Shown in pieces: positions 52,345 through 62,879 of a DNA stretch of 64,000 nt. The stretch is from Escherichia phage vB_EcoM-RPN187, in the sequence record OL770074.2. One strand, 5' to 3'. Every line of letters begins with the position of its first letter. Position 1 is the stretch's first letter. Made by a program: the position numbers and the translations under genes. The notes beneath the pieces are model-generated. The model searched no databases and was not told the DNA's origin. It saw nothing but the letters and a program-made list of their open reading frames with translations.

Positions 52345-52757
52345 TATTGCCCCGCTTCAAATTCTCGCATATCCTGGATATGTTTAAGTGCAAAACTACG
52401 AGACTTAACTGCGTCAAGTGCACCACTACAGAACTCAAGTAAAATTCCCCAGTATTGTAAAGTAGTCTCTATTTTAAGCACATCTTTATCTGCAGCCAGG
52501 ACAGTTTTCATTTCAGACTTCTCGTATCGGTCCATACTGAATTCATCACCGTCACCTCGTCCCGAGTAGTAGTCTAATCTTGCTTTTAGAGCAGTTTTCT
52601 TCTGAGTCTCTATACGCAACATTTCTTTACGAATAAATGAGTGCTTACGTAGCCATTTGCTGTATAACTTAACATTATTCGCCGTCTCATATTGCAACTT
52701 TGTCATATCAATAGCTAAGTCTGCGTCTAACTCTTCCTGTAAATCTTCCAGCTTCAT
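52344..52757 (-). CDS. uvsY: UvsY recombination mediator
   Basis: From ATG at 52757: MKLEDLQEELDADLAIDMTKLQYETANNV...ARLDYYSGRGDGDEFSMDRYEKSEMKTV..., 137 aa matching T4 UvsY (memory); ORF track extends 27 codons upstream. Confidence 0.9.
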   Translation of the reverse strand: MKLEDLQEELDADLAIDMTKLQYETANNVKLYSKWLRKHSFIRKEMLRIETQKKTALKARLDYYSGRGDGDEFSMDRYEKSEMKTVLAADKDVLKIETTLQYWGILLEFCSGALDAVKSRSFALKHIQDMREFEAGQ

Positions 52758-52837
52758 AATGTTCTCTCTTTTAACTAATAATCTCCCGGCTGTATCGGAA
52801 GGACCTAAAACCATTATACACAGGTTGCCTTGAAGCA

Positions 52838-53236
52838 TTACACTCTATTGCTTGACGCTAACTGAAGTTTAATTTGTTCAATATCGTCAGGGTTGTCTAC
52901 GACCGAAAATCTAATCTCTACTATAACCGTATAGTCATCATATACTGGCGTTACACTCACAGAAAGTTTGTCGATGCGTGGCTCATAGTTACGAACAGCT
53001 GCCTGGATATTACGCTCAATCGTATCGGCTGTAAGTGGTGTCATGTTCTCGAAAAGTTCGTCGACCAAATCGCATCCAAATTCAGGGTCGAAGGGGCGTG
53101 AGCCTTTTCTAGTTGTCACTATGCCAAGAAGACTATTTTTAATAGAACGAAGTCCTACAGAACGAGCAACGTCCTTGTTCCAATCCATACGCATTTCTGG
53201 GTCGATATCTGAATAAAGTTTATTGATATTAGACAT
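52838..53236 (-). CDS. 25: baseplate wedge protein gp25
   Basis: 132 aa as T4 gp25. Confidence 0.9.
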   Translation of the reverse strand: MSNINKLYSDIDPEMRMDWNKDVARSVGLRSIKNSLLGIVTTRKGSRPFDPEFGCDLVDELFENMTPLTADTIERNIQAAVRNYEPRIDKLSVSVTPVYDDYTVIVEIRFSVVDNPDDIEQIKLQLASSNRV

Positions 53237-53862
53237 TATAGTAACTCAAAGAATTCTTTGAGGCCTCGTATTGTGTGAACGTGTGACGCCCCACATTTGG
53301 GACATTTAATAGGGGTTGCCAGATAAATTGATGGCGATACTAAAAGATTTTTAATATTGATCATGTCATCTTCTGTTATAAGGCCGTAAAGGTCGTTTAT
53401 TTCTGCTTCAGTTAAATCTTCAACAGGGATGGACTCTCCATTGACAAAAACAGCCTCAATACATGAAGCAATCATTAATGCGATATTTTTATCGTCAAAT
53501 AATTTAGGTTGACGGAACTTAATTTTAATACCACTGAACGAATACCAGGGATCGGCCTGTTCATCTAATCGAGTGTGCAATAAATTCATATAGACTTGAA
53601 ATGAATGCCCACAGGAACAATTCCAGGTGTGTTCTTGATTCACTTCACCTAATGAATGTGCCCACAGATTTACCAACAATAACTCGGCTTCTTGTTTAGT
53701 CAAGTTTTTAGCGTTAGAGCAATTAGTGATAATATTGTTCACTGCTGATTCAATAGTACCTGTAGCCCGCGCACCTATGAGTCCTAGATATTCTTTTAAA
53801 GTAAAGGCTCTACAATTCACTTCTTTATCGCCTAAACGTACGGTAAACGTATATTTGTACAT
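53236..53862 (-). CDS. 26: baseplate hub protein gp26
   Basis: 208 aa as T4 gp26. Confidence 0.9.
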   Translation of the reverse strand: MYKYTFTVRLGDKEVNCRAFTLKEYLGLIGARATGTIESAVNNIITNCSNAKNLTKQEAELLLVNLWAHSLGEVNQEHTWNCSCGHSFQVYMNLLHTRLDEQADPWYSFSGIKIKFRQPKLFDDKNIALMIASCIEAVFVNGESIPVEDLTEAEINDLYGLITEDDMINIKNLLVSPSIYLATPIKCPKCGASHVHTIRGLKEFFELL

Positions 53863-53880
53863 GTTAACTCCTTTATTGTG

Positions 53881-53892
53881 TATTTATAAATA
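53881..53892. promoter_or_regulatory. palindromic divergent late promoters for genes 26 and 51
   Basis: tatttataaata: TATAAATA on plus (53885-53892) for gene 51 and on minus (53881-53888) for gene 26. Confidence 0.55.
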
Positions 53893-53909
53893 ATAGAAAA
53901 GGAGTAATT

Positions 53910-54662
53910 ATGGCTAATATAATTCGTTGTAAATTACCGGATGGTGTTCATCGTTTTAAGCCGTTCACTGTGGCGGATTATAGAGACTTTTTACTAGTTA
54001 GAAATGATATCGAACATCGTTCGCCACAAGAACAAAAAGAAATAATTGCCGATCTGATTGATGATTATTTTGGCGAGTACCCTAAAACATGGCAACCATT
54101 TATATTCCTGCAAGTTTTTGCAGGCTCTATAGGCAAAACAAAAGTTCCCGTTATTTTCACTTGCCCTAAATGCTCTAAAGAAAAAACTGCACCATTTGAA
54201 ATATATCAAAAAGAACTAGTCGAACCTGAACTTGATGTTGCTGGTATAAAAATACGTTTTTCTTTCCCTGAAAAGTTTTATGACAATAAAGCATTAATGA
54301 TAAGTGAAAACATAAAAGAAATATATTATAATGATGAATGGTACCCATGGAATGATTTGACTGAAGAGAACCAAATCCAAGTAATAGAAGCAATAGACAT
54401 TGACTCGCTCGAGAAGGTTATTGCTTCTATGAACCCTATTAATTTGACCCTTAGATTAGGTTGTTGTGAACGTCATGTTAAAACATATACTGATATCTTA
54501 GAGGTTTTTAAATTGTTAGTTAACCCTGATGAGATTTTTACATTCTATCAGATAAACCATTCACTAGTAAAGAGTCAATACACATTGGATTCTATTATGC
54601 AAATGATTCCTGTTGAACGTGGTATTGCTTTAACATTAGTAGAAAAGGACCATAAAAAATGA
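53910..54662 (+). CDS. 51: baseplate hub assembly catalyst gp51
   Basis: 250 aa (T4 249); Cys pairs CPKC...CCERH. Confidence 0.9.
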   Translation: MANIIRCKLPDGVHRFKPFTVADYRDFLLVRNDIEHRSPQEQKEIIADLIDDYFGEYPKTWQPFIFLQVFAGSIGKTKVPVIFTCPKCSKEKTAPFEIYQKELVEPELDVAGIKIRFSFPEKFYDNKALMISENIKEIYYNDEWYPWNDLTEENQIQVIEAIDIDSLEKVIASMNPINLTLRLGCCERHVKTYTDILEVFKLLVNPDEIFTFYQINHSLVKSQYTLDSIMQMIPVERGIALTLVEKDHKK

Positions 54663-55831
54663 CAGTATTCCAACGTCCAGGATATCCTAACTTAAGCGTT
54701 AAATTATATCAAGATTATTCGGCTTGGCAAGAAAATAGATACGTTGAACTCGCGGCAACAATAACAACTTTAACCATGCGAGATTCGCTATATGGAAGAA
54801 ATGAAGGGATTCTTCAATTTTATGACACTAAAAACATCCACACTAAAATGGATGGTAGACAGATAGTCCAAATCTCTGTTTCAAATTCAAACACACCTCT
54901 CCAAGTTAGAACTCGAATTTATGGATGTAGACATTATTCTGTGTCTGTGGACTCAAAAGGTGACAATATTATTGCAATTGAGCTTGGAACAATACATTCT
55001 ATAGAGAACCTTAAATTTGGGCGTCCATTCTTCTCAGACGCAGGAGAATCTATACGTGAAATGTTAGGTGTCATATATAAAGACCGTACGTTAATTACTC
55101 CGCCAATAAACACTATTAATGCTTATGTTCCTGATATTCCTTGGACAAGCACATTTGATGATTATTTGGCATATGTCAGAGAATTAGGACTTGCTACAGC
55201 GAGTGATAAGTTCGTATTCGTATGGCAAGATATTTTAGGCGTAAACATGATTGACTACGATACTCTTATTGGTCAGGAAGGCATTAAGATGGTTGTAGGT
55301 GAGCCAAATACTGTAGGTCAGTATATTCAAGAGCTTGAGTATCCATTAGTATGGGATTTCACCTGGATGACTAAAGCTAACCAATTTACAAGAGACCCTA
55401 TTAAAAACGCCACGATATTCGCTCATTCATTTTTAGATACATCTATTCCGGTTATTGTTACAGGTGATGGTGATAATGCTATTCTTGTGTCAAGATCAGG
55501 TGGATATTCCGAAATGACCTATCGTAATGGATTTGAAGAAGCAAGTCGTCTTCAGACAATGGCCCAATATGACGGATATGCTAAATGCACTACTACAGGT
55601 AATTTTAACATAACGCCTGCTACTAAAATTATATTTGTTGACCAAAAGAACCAATTCAAATCCGAATTTTACGTGGATGAAGTTATTCATGAGTTATCAA
55701 ATAACAACTCGCAAACTCATCTGTACATGTTTACCAACTCAATGGTGTTAGAACCTGTTAACCCAGTTAAGGTTAAAAATGAACTTAAATCTGATTCTAC
55801 CTCTAAAGAAAATAATTCTACCACAGTCTAA
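54659..55831 (+). CDS. 27: baseplate hub protein gp27
   Basis: 390 aa (T4 391); [13 protein letters not shown]...[22 protein letters not shown] matches T4 gp27 (memory). Confidence 0.9.
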   Translation: MTVFQRPGYPNLSVKLYQDYSAWQENRYVELAATITTLTMRDSLYGRNEGILQFYDTKNIHTKMDGRQIVQISVSNSNTPLQVRTRIYGCRHYSVSVDSKGDNIIAIELGTIHSIENLKFGRPFFSDAGESIREMLGVIYKDRTLITPPINTINAYVPDIPWTSTFDDYLAYVRELGLATASDKFVFVWQDILGVNMIDYDTLIGQEGIKMVVGEPNTVGQYIQELEYPLVWDFTWMTKANQFTRDPIKNATIFAHSFLDTSIPVIVTGDGDNAILVSRSGGYSEMTYRNGFEEASRLQTMAQYDGYAKCTTTGNFNITPATKIIFVDQKNQFKSEFYVDEVIHELSNNNSQTHLYMFTNSMVLEPVNPVKVKNELKSDSTSKENNSTTV

Positions 55832-56312
55832 TAAAAAGGTAATGATTCCCAAACTAGGGCTCAAACATTATAATCTTTTAAAGGACGTTAAAGGTCCTGA
55901 CGAAAACATGAAAATCTTAGCTGATTCTATTTGTAAAAATATGAGTCCCGCAGATTTTGATTTTGCATGTCTACACATATTGGAATTTAATAACAAACTT
56001 AAGTCTGAAGTTGAAAAAGATGGATTCACTTATAAACTAGATGACGTCTATGTATGCCAACGAACAGAATTCCAATTTCAAGGTAATACTTTTTATTTTA
56101 GACCCCCAGGCAAATTTGAACAATTCGCTACAATCAGTGAAATGCTATCAAATTGCTTAATAAAAGTTAACGACGAAGAGAAAGAAATTTCTTTCCTTGA
56201 GATGCCTGCTTTTGTAATCAAATGGGCAGAAGACCTTTCGACAACTATTGCTATTCCAGGCCCTAATGGTCCTATTAAGGGTATAGCAGAAATTATTGGA
56301 TTGCTTGAATGA
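55779..56312 (+). CDS. 28: baseplate distal hub protein gp28
   Basis: 177 aa as T4 gp28; overlaps the 3' end of gene 27. Confidence 0.85.
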   Translation: MNLNLILPLKKIILPQSNKKVMIPKLGLKHYNLLKDVKGPDENMKILADSICKNMSPADFDFACLHILEFNNKLKSEVEKDGFTYKLDDVYVCQRTEFQFQGNTFYFRPPGKFEQFATISEMLSNCLIKVNDEEKEISFLEMPAFVIKWAEDLSTTIAIPGPNGPIKGIAEIIGLLE

Positions 56313-58081
56313 AACCTGAAGAAATGAAATCCATGCGTAGAAATAAGGTCATTGCCGATAATAAACCACAAAAAGTAGCTGCAACAGCAGCTACTGATTC
56401 ATTAGAAGCATTGAATAACATTTCATCAAAACTGGACGATGTCCAAGCCGCGTCTGAACTCACATCACAAAGTGTAGAAGATAAAGGCAATGGAATTATT
56501 GAATCAATTGGAGACTTAAAGAATTCGACAGATAATACTGCTGAAGGCGCAGAGCTTATCGCAGAAGTTATTGAAAAACAAACTGAAGTCACTAAAAGTA
56601 TAAACGAAGTTTCTAGTGCAATAAGCTCCAAGTTAGACCGATTAGCTACATTATTAGAGCAAAAATTACAAACATCTACCGCTATTCAAAATACAGGAGG
56701 CACCTCTCTTGAAGTAATTGAGAACGCAATACCTGTTAAAGTGGTTGATAACGAAACTTATGATGAGTTGTTTAAAGCATTACCTACACCTGAAAAGATT
56801 GATAATAAGCCAGACGAAGATTTCTTCCCAGCCCCGGTTCAAGAAAGTGCTAATTCTACTTCCGATTCTAAAGGTGGAATTAGCTTTAAATTGAGCGATA
56901 AAATTGCAATGCTCACCAAAACAGTTCAAGCCGGGTTTAATAAATCAATATCAATTTCAGACAGAATTGCTGGAATGCTTTTCAAATACACTATAACGGC
57001 TGCTATTGAAGCAGCAAAAATGGCCGCACTTATTCTTGGTATTGTTATCGGTATTGATTTATTGATAGTCCATTTCAAATATTGGACAGACAAGTTCACT
57101 TCTGCCTGGGATTTATTTGATGAAAACTTTACTAAATTCTCCGATGAAGCTAAAGAGTGGGGTAAATTCTTAAGTGATATATTCACTTCTATTGACTCGA
57201 TAAAACAATTGTGGGAAGCCGGAGACTGGGGTGGTTTAACCGTTGCTATTGTCAAAGGTGTAGGAACAGCGTTAATGAACTTAGGTGAACTAATTCAATT
57301 AGGAATGGCTAAACTCTCCGCGTCTATATTGCGTGCTATAGGTTTTGGTGATACCGCGGACGAAATAGAAGGACGTGCTTTGGAAGGATTCCAAGAAACT
57401 ACTGGGAACAAATTAAAGAAAGAAGACCAAGAGAAAGTCGCTAAATATCAAATGAAGCGTGACGATGGTGAATTAGGAACCGTTTCTAAAGGTCTTGATA
57501 TGTTACAACGCGGCAAAACATTTGTTACTAACTGGGTTCGTGGTAATGACAATAAAGAAGAGTTTAGTACAAGCGATGAACGTGCTGCAGAATCAGCAAA
57601 ATTAAAAGAGTTACCTGAAGAGGAGCGTAAAGAGGCATATATAAAAGCTAATGAAACTCGTGCAGCACTGGTTAGATTTGAGGATTATATCGATAAAATC
57701 GATATGACTAATCCGGAAAATGCTAAAAACGTCGAGAAGTCTTATGCTGATTTAAGTAAACTTATTAAAGACCCTGAACTTAATAAAACTCCTGTTGTTA
57801 AAAAGGAATTAGATGCTAGATTTGAAAAGCTAAATAATAAAATGGCTGAAGCCAAAAAGGCCCAGACGACAGTTAAGCCTGAATCTTCGACTAAATCTCC
57901 AGAAGCAAAACAAGTTCAGTCAATAGAGAAAGGACGTGCTTCTGAATCTAAACAACAGCAACCGGTAGCGGCGATTAGTAACACAAATAATGTCGTCAAA
58001 AAGAATACCGTAGTCCAGAATATGACCCCTGTAACAAGTACAACGGCTCCTGGAATTTTCCATGCCACCGGTGTTAATTAA
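56309..58081 (+). CDS. 29: baseplate hub / tail-length determining protein gp29
   Basis: 590 aa as T4 gp29. Confidence 0.9.
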   Translation: MKPEEMKSMRRNKVIADNKPQKVAATAATDSLEALNNISSKLDDVQAASELTSQSVEDKGNGIIESIGDLKNSTDNTAEGAELIAEVIEKQTEVTKSINEVSSAISSKLDRLATLLEQKLQTSTAIQNTGGTSLEVIENAIPVKVVDNETYDELFKALPTPEKIDNKPDEDFFPAPVQESANSTSDSKGGISFKLSDKIAMLTKTVQAGFNKSISISDRIAGMLFKYTITAAIEAAKMAALILGIVIGIDLLIVHFKYWTDKFTSAWDLFDENFTKFSDEAKEWGKFLSDIFTSIDSIKQLWEAGDWGGLTVAIVKGVGTALMNLGELIQLGMAKLSASILRAIGFGDTADEIEGRALEGFQETTGNKLKKEDQEKVAKYQMKRDDGELGTVSKGLDMLQRGKTFVTNWVRGNDNKEEFSTSDERAAESAKLKELPEEERKEAYIKANETRAALVRFEDYIDKIDMTNPENAKNVEKSYADLSKLIKDPELNKTPVVKKELDARFEKLNNKMAEAKKAQTTVKPESSTKSPEAKQVQSIEKGRASESKQQQPVAAISNTNNVVKKNTVVQNMTPVTSTTAPGIFHATGVN

Positions 58082-58089
58082 GGATTATT

Positions 58090-59199
58090 ATGATTAGTGT
58101 AAAAGAAATAGTAGTAGATGCAAAGGATTTAAATAAAGCAATCCCAGTCTCAGAAAGTGCTGGGCAAAGCACTAAAACCGAAACAACTACTAAAACTTAT
58201 GTTGCTCAATTTCCTACAGGAAGAGCAGCCGGAAATGACTCCACAGGAGACTTCCAGGTAACAGATCTTTATAAGAATGGATTATTATTTACCGCGTACA
58301 ATATGTCTGCACGCGATTCAGGATCCCTCAGGAATTTACGTCCGGCATACGCCGGCACTTCATCTAACGGTATCATATCAGATTTAACTGATAATGTGAA
58401 AGATGCAGTGACTAAATTCTCTAATGGGTTGCTTCCTGCCGGAGCTAATAAACCTACTATAAATAAAACTCCTGTTGCTAATATACTTTTGCCACGTTCC
58501 AAATCTGACGTTGATACAACTTCACATCGTTTTAATGATATTGGTGATAGCCTTATTACTAAAGGTGGAGGTACTGCTACGGGTGTTTTAAGTAACATTG
58601 CTTCTACTGCAGTTTTTGGTGCATTAGATTCTATTACTCAAGGGCTTATGGCTGATAATAACGAACAGATTTATACGACTTCTCGTAGTATGTACGGCGG
58701 TGCTGAGAACCGTACTAAAGTCTTTACATGGGATTTAACTCCACGTTCAACTGAAGACCTTATGGCTATTATAAACATTTACCAGTATTTTAACTATTTC
58801 TCATATGGTGAGACCGGTAAATCACAGTACGCCCAAGAGATTAAAAGTTATTTAGACGAATGGTACCGTTCAACGTTTATTGAGCCTATGACGCCTGATG
58901 ATGCAGTAAAAAATAAGACATTGTTTGAAAAGATTACTGCGTCATTAACAAATGTATTAGTTGTAAGCAACCCTACAATTTGGATGGTTAAAAACTTTGG
59001 TTATACGTCTAAATTTGATGGATTAACTGACGTATTTGGCCCATGTCAAATTCAAAGCGTACGTTTTGATAAAACTCCAAATGGACAATTTAATGGTCTT
59101 GCTGTTGCTCCTAACTTACCGTCAACATTTACGTTAGAGATAACAATGCGAGAAATTATTACATTAAACCGTTCTTCACTTTATGCGGGGACTTTCTAA
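58090..59199 (+). CDS. 48: baseplate-tail tube junction protein gp48
   Basis: 369 aa (T4 364); synteny. Confidence 0.9.
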   Translation: MISVKEIVVDAKDLNKAIPVSESAGQSTKTETTTKTYVAQFPTGRAAGNDSTGDFQVTDLYKNGLLFTAYNMSARDSGSLRNLRPAYAGTSSNGIISDLTDNVKDAVTKFSNGLLPAGANKPTINKTPVANILLPRSKSDVDTTSHRFNDIGDSLITKGGGTATGVLSNIASTAVFGALDSITQGLMADNNEQIYTTSRSMYGGAENRTKVFTWDLTPRSTEDLMAIINIYQYFNYFSYGETGKSQYAQEIKSYLDEWYRSTFIEPMTPDDAVKNKTLFEKITASLTNVLVVSNPTIWMVKNFGYTSKFDGLTDVFGPCQIQSVRFDKTPNGQFNGLAVAPNLPSTFTLEITMREIITLNRSSLYAGTF

Positions 59200-60161
59200 T
59201 GTACTCTTTAGAAGAATTTAATAACCAAGCTATAAATGCAGATTTCCAACGAAACAATATGTTTAGTTGTGTATTTGCTACTACACCGTCGACCAAATCG
59301 TCTTCACTAATTTCGTCAATTGGTAGTTTTGCTTATAATAACTTAGGGTTGGATTCAGATTGGCTAGGATTATCTCAAGGTGATATCAATCAGGGCGTAA
59401 CAACCCTGATTACAGCAGGAACACAGAAATTAATTCGAAAATCAGGTGTAAGTAAATATCTGATTGGAGCAATGAGTCAACGTACGGTACAAAGCTTGTT
59501 AGGCGAGTTCACAGTAGGAGCTTATCTGATAGACTTCTTCAATATGGCATATAATAATACAGGTTTAATGATTTATTCTGTAAAAATGCCTGAGAACCGA
59601 TTATCTTATGAAACGGATTTCAACTATAACTCTCCGAACATCCGAATTACCGGCCGTGAAATGGACCCGTTAGTAATAAGCTTTAGAATGGATTCCGAAG
59701 CATCTAACTTTAGAGCAATGCAAGACTGGGTAAACTCAGTCCAAGACCCTGTAACAGGTCTTCGTGCTTTACCACAAGACGTCGAAGCAGATATTCAGGT
59801 TAATTTACATGCACGAAATGGTTTACCACATACCGCTGTCATGTTCACCGGATGTATTCCTGTTAGTGTCTCTTCTCCTGAGTTAACGTATGATGGTGAT
59901 AATCAGATAACAGTTTTTGATGTAACATTTGCTTATCGCGTTATGCAATCAGGTGCCGTAAATAGACAGGCTGCTTTAGAATGGCTGGAATCAGGACTTA
60001 TTAGTAGTGTTTCAGGAATGTTTGGAAATAATCAGAATGATTCTGGCCTAGGAAGTGCAGTATCAAGACTTTCTAGATTAGGTGGGACTGCTGGAGGTGT
60101 GTCTAATATAAACACATTGACAGGTGTGGTGAATTCTGCGTCAAGAGTTTTAGGACTATAA
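59199..60161 (+). CDS. 54: baseplate-tail tube initiator gp54
   Basis: 320 aa as T4 gp54. Confidence 0.9.
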   Translation: MYSLEEFNNQAINADFQRNNMFSCVFATTPSTKSSSLISSIGSFAYNNLGLDSDWLGLSQGDINQGVTTLITAGTQKLIRKSGVSKYLIGAMSQRTVQSLLGEFTVGAYLIDFFNMAYNNTGLMIYSVKMPENRLSYETDFNYNSPNIRITGREMDPLVISFRMDSEASNFRAMQDWVNSVQDPVTGLRALPQDVEADIQVNLHARNGLPHTAVMFTGCIPVSVSSPELTYDGDNQITVFDVTFAYRVMQSGAVNRQAALEWLESGLISSVSGMFGNNQNDSGLGSAVSRLSRLGGTAGGVSNINTLTGVVNSASRVLGL

Positions 60162-60163
60162 GG

Positions 60164-60190
60164 AAAAAAGGGAGACGTCGTCTCCCTTTA
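60164..60190. terminator. bidirectional terminator between gene 54 and the minus-strand alt region
   Basis: A6 run, gggagacg/cgtctccc hairpin, T-rich tail. Confidence 0.55.
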
Positions 60191-60195
60191 GGGGT

Positions 60196-60489
60196 TTATT
60201 TACGGAATGAAAGGAATGCTGGTGCTCGGAATGGAGTATCATCTTTAGAGTATTTAACTAATACGACCATTGGTACCTCTGTTTCTAAATGACCTGTCAC
60301 TACACCGACAAAAATTTGATCAGTGTGCTCAGGGTCGCGAAAGTTTTTAAGAGGTTCCATAGCAATATGGAATGCACCTGGGAATACTCGATTCAATTCG
60401 TCAATCACAGCTTCGTTAAAAGCATCATCCGCTGGGATAACATCTTCAACTACTAGTTCTTGACCATTAAAGCGAAGCATAGATTTCAT
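60196..60489 (-). CDS. hypothetical protein downstream of alt
   Basis: ATG at 60489 with GAGGAAA SD gives 97 aa (MKSMLRFNGQELVVEDVIP...); ORF track 60196..60561 overlaps the alt 3' end. Confidence 0.45.
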   Translation of the reverse strand: MKSMLRFNGQELVVEDVIPADDAFNEAVIDELNRVFPGAFHIAMEPLKNFRDPEHTDQIFVGVVTGHLETEVPMVVLVKYSKDDTPFRAPAFLSFRK

Positions 60490-60518
60490 AACGTTTTCCT
60501 CATGTTGTTGATGGGATG

Positions 60519-60548
60519 ATAGTATCACACATCCATGTGTTTGTAAAC
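60519..60548 (-). promoter_or_regulatory. T4-type early promoter overlapping the alt stop codon
   Basis: Minus strand GTTTAC (60543-60548), 18 nt, TACTAT (60519-60524). Confidence 0.5.
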
Positions 60549-62635
60549 TATCCTTGGACAAATTTAAATGGAACTGATTCTAAATCCATTAAAGATGCTA
60601 ACAATTTCAATCCTTTAGGAGCACTAGTTTTTTCTACAAATGAAGAGAACGATACCGGCTCATCCGATTCGATTTCACCAGTCATAGCAACCACCTCGCC
60701 TGTTTCCATGAGAACATCACCATCGTAAATGACAGCTTCGTCCAACTGGTCTGAGGACATGACTTCAGCTTGAATAAATTTAAGGTTGGATTCTAAACCT
60801 GCACCAGTGTCAGATGACGCATCTGTAATTTTATTTATCTGCAAGAGAATGCCTCTAGGCAAAATAATTTCTTGCTCGTTAGGGTGATTACTCAACTGTC
60901 CAGGATAAATCACGTTAACTTTATGGGCGCCATCAATAGCCCATCCAACGTTAACACGGATTTGGTCTGGTGCATGCATAGCTGTTCTTACTTGACTAGG
61001 AGAAATAGTAACACCTTCGTCATTATTATCAATGTTAAGCTCTTTGCGAACTTCTTCAGGAGCAAGTCCAAGGGCAACGTTCTCTTTAAACCCGCCGAAA
61101 ATAATAGGAGCTAGTGAAGTGGAAACATAGTTTCTGAAGTAGAATACCTTATTTTTAACCATTGCTTCGTAAATAGGCATTCTGATAGACTGAGCTCTAT
61201 ATAACGTTAGTCCTTCAGGTAAACGGTCTCCATTTAAAAACGCCGAATCAAGACCATCAATAGCGCGTTTAACTTCATCTTCATCTGCAACATCGTAAAA
61301 ATCTGGTTTATAACGACCTAACAACATATTATTGATATCGGTATACGCAGAAGAGGCATATTCACGAATAGCTCGTTTTTCAGCAACAGAGTATTGATTA
61401 GGGACCCGATTCATTGTTATATTAAAGGTGCCTCTAGCCGATTCTCGTGCATAAGTATACATCACATTAGACAAGAACGCTGATTTACGCTGTTTCCAAG
61501 TTTTTTCAGATACTTCAGCTAAAACGTCGTCAGCCAGTTGGAAATTATCACGTCTAAAATCTTCAAACCATTCGTCTTTAATAGAGTCTGCAATTTCATT
61601 TGCAGCTTCAACAAAAGCAGCTAATGCTTTAACAGATGTTGTTTTTTCAGTTTTAATTTTCTTAGCAAACTTTTCTAAAGTTGGCTTAATAACACTACCG
61701 TAAGAAACTTCATCAGCAAATCTAAAGGATTCATCAATACGATTATAAATCTTATTTTCGATATCAGCAACTAAAGTGCCTTTTGCTGTGGACGATGCTT
61801 GGGCTAGTACGATTTCATATGCTTCAGGAAGTAATTCGGCTGTAGCTGGGCCACTAACTTCTTTAGCAGAATTTTCGTATTTCTGGAATAACTCACCTTC
61901 TTGACGGTCAGCTTCTAAAGATTGACTTGCTGCAATAGCACGACGAGAAATTTTAGTACGAGCAATAACAGGCTTATCTTTACGTTTTTCTTCTACAGCA
62001 GCAATAGAACCAGCGATAGCAGTTTCTTTGGTGACCATTTCACCAGTCTTTTTACTCACATAAACTTCGCCAACATCAGAATCTACTTTCGTGTACAACT
62101 CTGTGTTAATGTTAGGGATGCCTTTAATATCTTCAATGTTGGCATTTTTACGAACCATCATCACATAGGTGTGTTTACCTGTGAATTGATACATTGCCGA
62201 CAATACTTTAAAACGACCACCGGTTTTAGTAGAAACTAAACGAGCAAGAAGAGTTTGAAGTTGTTGTCCACGTCCTTTCAATTTCTTTGTAGGGAATCGG
62301 AACAGAACTGCATCCATACGAAGAGCTTTAACCTGTTCATATACTGTATTGAAAATGGTGTTGATTGCATCAATAGGAGCAGGACCAAGGCCGTTTTTCA
62401 ATTCAGCGAGATTACCCTTTTCAGACAGACTCATAATAACAACATGAGCGTATTTGTCGCCAAGTTTAACTTGTTTTACAGCATCGCCTTCAGAAAGGTA
62501 AGAGAATAAGCGAACTACGATGTTTGTATCAACATCACCAATTTTCCAGACTTGTGGAACTTTAGCTTTAGGGTTCAAATTGACGACAGGAAGACTGCCT
62601 TCAGATTCAAACACTTCATTTAATTGTTCAGACAT
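60548..62635 (-). CDS. alt: ADP-ribosyltransferase Alt (virion-packaged)
   Basis: 695 aa (T4 Alt about 682); ART signature in C-terminal half (YRAQ, FYFRNYVSTSL, EQEIILPRG); position between 54 and 30. Confidence 0.85.
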   Translation of the reverse strand: MSEQLNEVFESEGSLPVVNLNPKAKVPQVWKIGDVDTNIVVRLFSYLSEGDAVKQVKLGDKYAHVVIMSLSEKGNLAELKNGLGPAPIDAINTIFNTVYEQVKALRMDAVLFRFPTKKLKGRGQQLQTLLARLVSTKTGGRFKVLSAMYQFTGKHTYVMMVRKNANIEDIKGIPNINTELYTKVDSDVGEVYVSKKTGEMVTKETAIAGSIAAVEEKRKDKPVIARTKISRRAIAASQSLEADRQEGELFQKYENSAKEVSGPATAELLPEAYEIVLAQASSTAKGTLVADIENKIYNRIDESFRFADEVSYGSVIKPTLEKFAKKIKTEKTTSVKALAAFVEAANEIADSIKDEWFEDFRRDNFQLADDVLAEVSEKTWKQRKSAFLSNVMYTYARESARGTFNITMNRVPNQYSVAEKRAIREYASSAYTDINNMLLGRYKPDFYDVADEDEVKRAIDGLDSAFLNGDRLPEGLTLYRAQSIRMPIYEAMVKNKVFYFRNYVSTSLAPIIFGGFKENVALGLAPEEVRKELNIDNNDEGVTISPSQVRTAMHAPDQIRVNVGWAIDGAHKVNVIYPGQLSNHPNEQEIILPRGILLQINKITDASSDTGAGLESNLKFIQAEVMSSDQLDEAVIYDGDVLMETGEVVAMTGEIESDEPVSFSSFVEKTSAPKGLKLLASLMDLESVPFKFVQG

Positions 62636-62671
62636 AGTGTTTTCCTTTTAGTAATAATTTATATTTATGCC

Positions 62672-62692
62672 AAAAAGAGCCCGAAGGCTCTT
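62672..62692 (-). terminator. terminator-like hairpin upstream of alt
   Basis: aagagcc-cgaa-ggctctt; minus strand followed by UUUUUGG. Confidence 0.45.
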
Positions 62693-62879
62693 AATCCACA
62701 ATCGGGAGCAAAGTACGATAAACTTCAAAATTAGGGCCTTTTTCGTACCCATTAACGTTATCTACGAAAACCCGATACGAATTTTCATTAGGAAAATCTA
62801 ATATAATCTGAGAGCAAGAGGTGGAAACATCTCCACCATCCTTCTTAGCTACAATAACTGTTTCTAAATAAGCTTTCAT
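62691..62879 (-). CDS. hypothetical small protein between DNA ligase and alt
   Basis: ATG at 62879 overlapping ligase stop (TAATG): MKAYLETVIVAKKDGGDVS..., 62 aa; ORF track starts 7 codons upstream. Confidence 0.4.
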   Translation of the reverse strand: MKAYLETVIVAKKDGGDVSTSCSQIILDFPNENSYRVFVDNVNGYEKGPNFEVYRTLLPIVD